Below are positions 58,155-64,000 of a stretch of 64,000 nt of DNA, one piece after another. Within the stretch, counting starts at the first letter, position 1. Each line of letters starts with the position of its first letter. Location: assembly GCF_018977255.1 (NCBI RefSeq), contig NW_024704748.1, positions 19,468,001 through 19,532,000 on the forward strand. The letters run 5' to 3'. The notes beneath the pieces were generated by a model. That model saw only the letters and a program-made list of their open reading frames with translations. It did not search any database and was not told the origin of the DNA. The position numbers and the translations under genes are program-made. The DNA comes from Callorhinchus milii (lineage: Eukaryota).

Positions 58155-60494
58155 GCCAGAGCAGCTGTTATCCACTATGGTGGAAACTGCACTAAAGTTT
58201 ACCCATCGACAGTTTGCACAATGAATGGATATATTGGACAAGGGACAGGGACAGATTTTTTCCAGAAGAAAAAAACTATTTGTATCTGTCTACCATTTTT
58301 CAGATGTGTTTATTTTTCCTAAGAACAAGCCTGATGCCAGTCTGCTGCTGGAGCCGTGAGACATCTGTGTACATCAATGTGATTTGTGTGTTGAATACTG
58401 TACTACAAATAATCACCTGTTTACTGTAGTCTGAGTTTATATTTGATGTTCACTGCCCATATGTCAATGACCCGGGGTCCTGAAGTTATTTAACTACTTA
58501 AGCATGTTCTACTAGCACATGCATTCACTTTGTTTATGCTAAATTAGTTGACCACAAAGACAATTATTTTAAATTAGAACTCAAATATTTTATATACAGT
58601 ACCACTAATTCAGTCACAAATAATGCAAATTTCAAATTGAAACTTAGCCACAGATAAAATATTGTTCTATTTGTTTCTCTAGCAGTTAATTATTTAGTTT
58701 TACTAACTAAGAAAACACACAAGTGTTAAGACACCTCATACTGACAGATGATTTATTCATAAAATGAAGAGACATAAGCCTTTGAGACAGATAACCCCAT
58801 TAATTAGAGCATAGTTTCAAGTTAGGTTTAATAAAAATCAATTAAAATAGTGGAAGAATTAGAATTTTTCAATTTGGCCATTCAGATTTTAAATGTTGTG
58901 TGTTAGTGCTCAATGTTTTTAATTGTCTATGAAATCTAGATTGTTTGCCCATCTTTAAAACTGAGAGATTCGGGAATGTAAGCTGCTACTTATAAACTAT
59001 TGTTTTAAACAAGTTGATAATATTGGACATTGGGTAATGAAATGCGAGTGACTAATCCAGCCTCCTTCATTATTTTTGGAATAAAATACAAGGAACAATG
59101 GTAAATCCAGCTTTCATGGAGGTAGAATATCTTGCCCTATAGACCTGTATATAAAATTTTAAAAAGACTTTGGAAATGTATCATTAATCAATACTGAATA
59201 GGAATATGTATTGTCAGCAAACAATTCACACACAGATTGATTTAGAGGAACGTAAAATGCCTTGCCCTGAAGTTTGAGGCGAGACAAAAATGGTCCAGTA
59301 TGGTCCAAAATGGTCCAGTAAGCTTCAGGTATGAACTCAGTGACTTCAGTTTCACTGTTAATATGAACTGTAAATCAGTGACATAATGTAGACATTTATA
59401 TTTCTAGACTAACTAATAAAACAGTGATTTTTGTAGGTGAGCTTGCTAAGATACATTTCCACTGGTGTTTTATCTCTTGGACACTACTTATCAGTGGTGA
59501 CTACTCCATCAAAATGGTTGTATTGGTTGAAGTATCTGCCTGGCTTTATGGGCAGCCTTGAAAGTATATTGTTTACACCAGTGCATGTTCTTATTTATTA
59601 TTGCCGTTGTAAAATCAATTGGACCAGTAATTCAAAGAGATTTAAGTTCAGAATATCAACTTTTGCATTATATCATCGATCTTACTAGTAACAATAAAGT
59701 CCTTTTACTACTAAATTGTCATGGTTTAACAAATAGGGATTAGTTGGCAATTTATTTTAGTATAATATATATAAGTGGACCTAAGGAAGCATCATGTAAT
59801 GTAATAAATGTTGCATCTGTCTATTCTGTTGTTGACATGTTGCGATCTATACAATCTTATCAATTGCAGTAATTAACAATCTTAGTAATGTTAACTCCTA
59901 AGGTTTTGTTGTAACTTGTTAACAACATTGTAATATCAATTAAGTGGTCATTAGTGATGTTACAAGCTTTATCTCACCTTGGAATAGCATTTCTTCAACT
60001 TTGCAGTTATCTTTCCACAGAACTTCAATGCACTGTGAAATGCTGTGCTGAAAATCTCCATTTAAAATATTATTGTGGTTGTAAAATTCTCAATGAATTG
60101 TTAAAATTAAAAGACGTGATCAGGCGCTAGAAGGCGCTATATCAAATGCAAGGATTATTAAATTGAGTAATCAACTTTGAGGCCATTTTAGTAATCAATT
60201 CCTGCTACTAAAAGTGTAAATATTTTTGTAAACAAAAGCAATTGTGAATGTTTGCAATACTGATGTTAATAGTATTTTATGTTTTGCAAAAAAAAACTGT
60301 TCAGAGAAACAGTTCTATTTTTAATATGTATTTGCTGCAGAATTGCATTCCTCTTTAACCATATTCAGGTTTTAGTGAATGTTCTGTAAATATGCAGTCA
60401 CACTGGGCTGAAAAATGAATACTGTGTCTGAAAATTGTATCAATTGAAGCACAATTCACCCACTGTCTTGTAGTGATTTGCTAATTAAAAAAGC

Positions 60495-60500
60495 AATAAA
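60495..60500 (+). terminator. Candidate distal PCGF5 polyA signal
   Basis: AATAAA at the end of a roughly 2.3 kb AT-rich stretch after the stop; other AATAAA sites occur earlier. Confidence 0.35.
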
Positions 60501-61669
60501 ATGTACTAGTTATGAAAATGCTGTTGTAAAGGCTAAAGTCACAGTCCTGTCAGTGAACCGTTGTGAATCTGGACTGACTATCTTGTCCATTGTCATTAAA
60601 TCCAGTGAGTTAAAAACAGAAGAGTTTACAGTGCTTTTTTAATTCAGATTTGGGCATTGAACCGTAAATCGAAACAAGTTCTTATGAACATTACTATTCC
60701 GGCCAGTTTTGGAATATTAAGTTAAATTTGAAGCAATCTACCTTCAAAAGAATATTAATGTGTTCGGTGAAGCCAGAGAAAAACAACAAAGATGATATCA
60801 AGAGTCTGAGCTCTATTTTAGAGGTAAGATTCATAGCTGGGCATGTTTTCATAGAAAAGATTAAGGGTGGGAAAATAATTAAGGGCTTGGAACCATATGG
60901 AATTTAGATGTAATCAGGCTATTTAACTTGACAGAATGGAATATAGAATTGTGTTCATATTTTGTTGAGTGCTATATTTCCAGCCAACATCTTGCTTGAG
61001 TGATACCGAAGAATGCACCAGCACCGAGGCCTTGGTTTCTGAAAGCTACCTCCTACGGCATTCCCTTGCCTTATTTTGTCACGGAAACAAAAGGAGCGGA
61101 AAACACTGAATCTCTGGCTGTGATTGGAGGCCTAAAGGCACAGGGAGCAGTAGTTTTCCTGAGAGCCCCTGTGGAAGGGCAGAAGGATGGCAAATTATTC
61201 TTGGTCATGGGGAGCATTGGCATCGAATTTGAGATGCACCTAGTTCTAAAATTGAAATGGAGGGGACAAGGGACAAGCAGGAAGCCAGAGCCAACCAAAA
61301 GCTTTTGCTTGATGTGTATGAGGTGTTGTCACATATGTTTGGGCAAGTAAGGACAACCATGTTGTTCCTGGAAGAACAGATGTTTTTTGTACCAGTGGAG
61401 ATCCATGCTCAGGTTAATATAGATCCTCATGTTTTGAGGAAAGTGTTGACAGCATTCAGCTATCACAGACTTTTGTTTTAACTAAAAAGGAATAAGTTCT
61501 ATCAAAAAAGAAGCAATGAATTTTAATTTGCACGTCAGTATTTAGAAAACGTAGCATTTAATAACTATATTAACAAAAAATCATTTGCTTCAGCATCTGA
61601 ACCCAGACAAGCAAAGTTGTTTTGCATCTTCTGTCTCATGCCTTGAAAACATACCCTATGGTCAGAAAC

Positions 61670-61790
61670 AATCATAGAATATTACAACCTAAAATAATGC
61701 CATTCGGCCCATCGTGCTGATGCCGGCTCTTTAGAAGAGCTACCCAATCAGTCCCACTCTCCTGCTCTTTCCCCATATCCTTGCAAATGA
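61670..61790 (-). mobile_element. CR1-type 3' tail fragment
   Basis: atcatagaatattacaacc...gccattcggccc, similar to 52298-52440. Confidence 0.55.
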
Positions 61791-64000
61791 AGACATATTT
61801 GGGATTTGAAGTACAGGTAAGTTTCCTAGTGTTTTTTAATTACAAATTTATAACTAAATAAGTAATTCAATTACTGTAACTTAAAAAGTTATACAATGAA
61901 CACTGGTAGAAAATTGTGCAGAAAATATTTCCCCCAAATGTTTCTTTTAGGCTGAAGAAAATCAACCATGAATTCATTACTGAAGAATGAAACTTAAATC
62001 TTTGATGTACTTTATATGGTCTGAACTTGACTATATTTCATTAAATCCATTACATGTGTAATTTGTTTTATGGAATGAAAAATGGAGAGTAGTTCATAAA
62101 ACAAAGACAACATTGCATTTTAATAGGAATTCAAGGCTGTCATTAACGTGGCACATTTCCAGCAATGTCATTTTGAAATCCATTTCTCCTCATTATTCAA
62201 AAACATTGAAAATTACAAAAGAGAGACAGTAAAACTTGTAATTCTACCAATTTTCTTGCACCTAGAAGTCAGGTTTATTAACCTTTTCATCTGTAAACTT
62301 TATATTTCAGCCCTGAAAGGAAGAAACAGAATTTTGTATAAGAACATCTTAACATTAAGGCATTAGATTAGGATATACTTACAAATATTTTAGACATCCC
62401 ATAGCAAATACAATACAAATCTACATTTGTATAGTGCCTTTCACAACAGGAGGAAATGAGCTGAATGTTGCTCATTGCTGTTCTATAAACCTAATGAAGA
62501 GATTGGAACTGTTTACATGTGATACACAGGACAGTACAGGAGGGGAAATTAGTTGTCTCTGGTATTTTTTATTTTTTTATTATTGCTGAGGATGTTTATA
62601 TTGATGTTTGCAAGAAATAAATTTATAATAATAAAACAAATCTGGAAAAAATATTTAGAATCTCCAGAAAGAAGGAGTTATTAAATTTAGTTTCACAAAT
62701 TTAGTTATAAAGGAATAGAATATTGTAGGCACTTAGGTTAAATTTCGCTTGTGGAGAATGTGATACACAGATGAGTACAGGAGGGGAAATTAGTTGTCTC
62801 TGGTATTTTTCTGTTGCATCTTTAAAATTACTATAATTTTTTTTAAAAAAACGTTATTCCAGAATTTGTACAACTGTGAAATTGTATCTTTCTTTCTGTG
62901 TTTATACTGTATAGAAATGTGGATATTTGCCACTTCTCCTTGCATTGAATAAGAGCTCTAAAAACGTAAATAGCAACAAACAAAACTATTTTCTCACTTA
63001 TTTACTTGAAGAACTAGTTGCGCAATTACCTGTTTAGCAAAATTGAGTAACCTGAGCTGTCCTTGGAGCAAGCTGAAGTGCAGCTGCATATCTACTGGTT
63101 TCTGTTGGTAGGTGCCAATCACACTGCCCCTTCTGTCCTGAGCACAGCTACAGTATGATTCATGCTGGCGCAAACCATTTGTTCGGTGGTGACTAGCAAA
63201 TTATGAGAATTCTCTGCCAAATGGCCAGCACTAACTCAGCATCATGAACACATGTGGGTTGTAAAATGAATTATGGTAGCATAATATTGACTCAGTGGGA
63301 TTTCATCTAAGTTAAACTGTCTTAAATGAAAACTATTATACTGTAAGCACACATAGGTTGCACATAAAGTGTTGGAGGTTTGATGTTCTACTGAGTTAAG
63401 TTTATTTTGAATATTATTTTGTGGAATATGCTTCAAAAATAGCTTATTTCAAATAAATTTTGATTGGTATACCTTCCTCAGGGAAATCTTGGGGAGGAGG
63501 TAAAAAGTTAACAGCTGAAATATCGTGAACCTAATTCTTTTTCAACATGTACCACAGTTTAATCTGTTACTTTTTCAAGCTGTCACACGCTCACAGCTTT
63601 GTACTTTGTTATTTGAGGACTGATCCAAGTTGGACTAGAAAAAACTGTGATACAATTATACCTTCTGTATGAAATATGAGATCCCAAATGTTGATTTTAA
63701 AATAAGCTTCTAGCATTCCAGGGATAATATATATACACTGATGATTGACTGAAATATAAACTAATCAGAAATAATCTGATTTCATGTCCTAAATGGAGAA
63801 AAAAATCTTAAGCAAAGAGTAAACAAAAATCTCAGTAAAAGAGATGCAGAGAAACAGTCAATGAATACTCATCGTGGGTGAACACGGGACCTGCTTGTTG
63901 CCAAAAATACTACAGCATGCCACCATGAGTAACAAAGTCTCTGCATCTACCTCAGGTTTGGATTTGTCTGGCTGCCACCTGCAATTGCCACAGAGTGGAA

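Overview
AT-rich, intron-rich vertebrate DNA. The repeat content (tRNA/Deu-type SINEs, L2 and CR1 LINEs, Penelope, LF-SINE-like relics) suggests a cartilaginous fish, possibly a chimaera; this is inference. Four genes were reconstructed by hand from splice sites and reading frames. KIF20B is on the minus strand (16 confident coding exons, 417-10300; 3' end unresolved at the window edge). It shares a CpG-island bidirectional promoter with RPP30 (plus strand, 11 exons, 269 aa, one U12-type intron). ANKRD1 (minus strand, 9 exons, 319 aa) converges on RPP30. PCGF5 is on the plus strand (8 coding exons, 235 aa). Points worth follow-up: the KIF20B-RPP30 head-to-head arrangement without HTR7, a SINE/L2 pair with a shared 3' tail, an inverted Penelope pair with a decayed hammerhead ribozyme around an L2 copy, an overlapping TEAD/AP-1 site in ANKRD1, a poly-Asp expansion in KIF20B, candidate uORFs and a poison exon in PCGF5, and an unexplained coding-like island near 61 kb. 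I found no evidence for a wholly new system; most ORF-track entries are repeat or antisense shadows.
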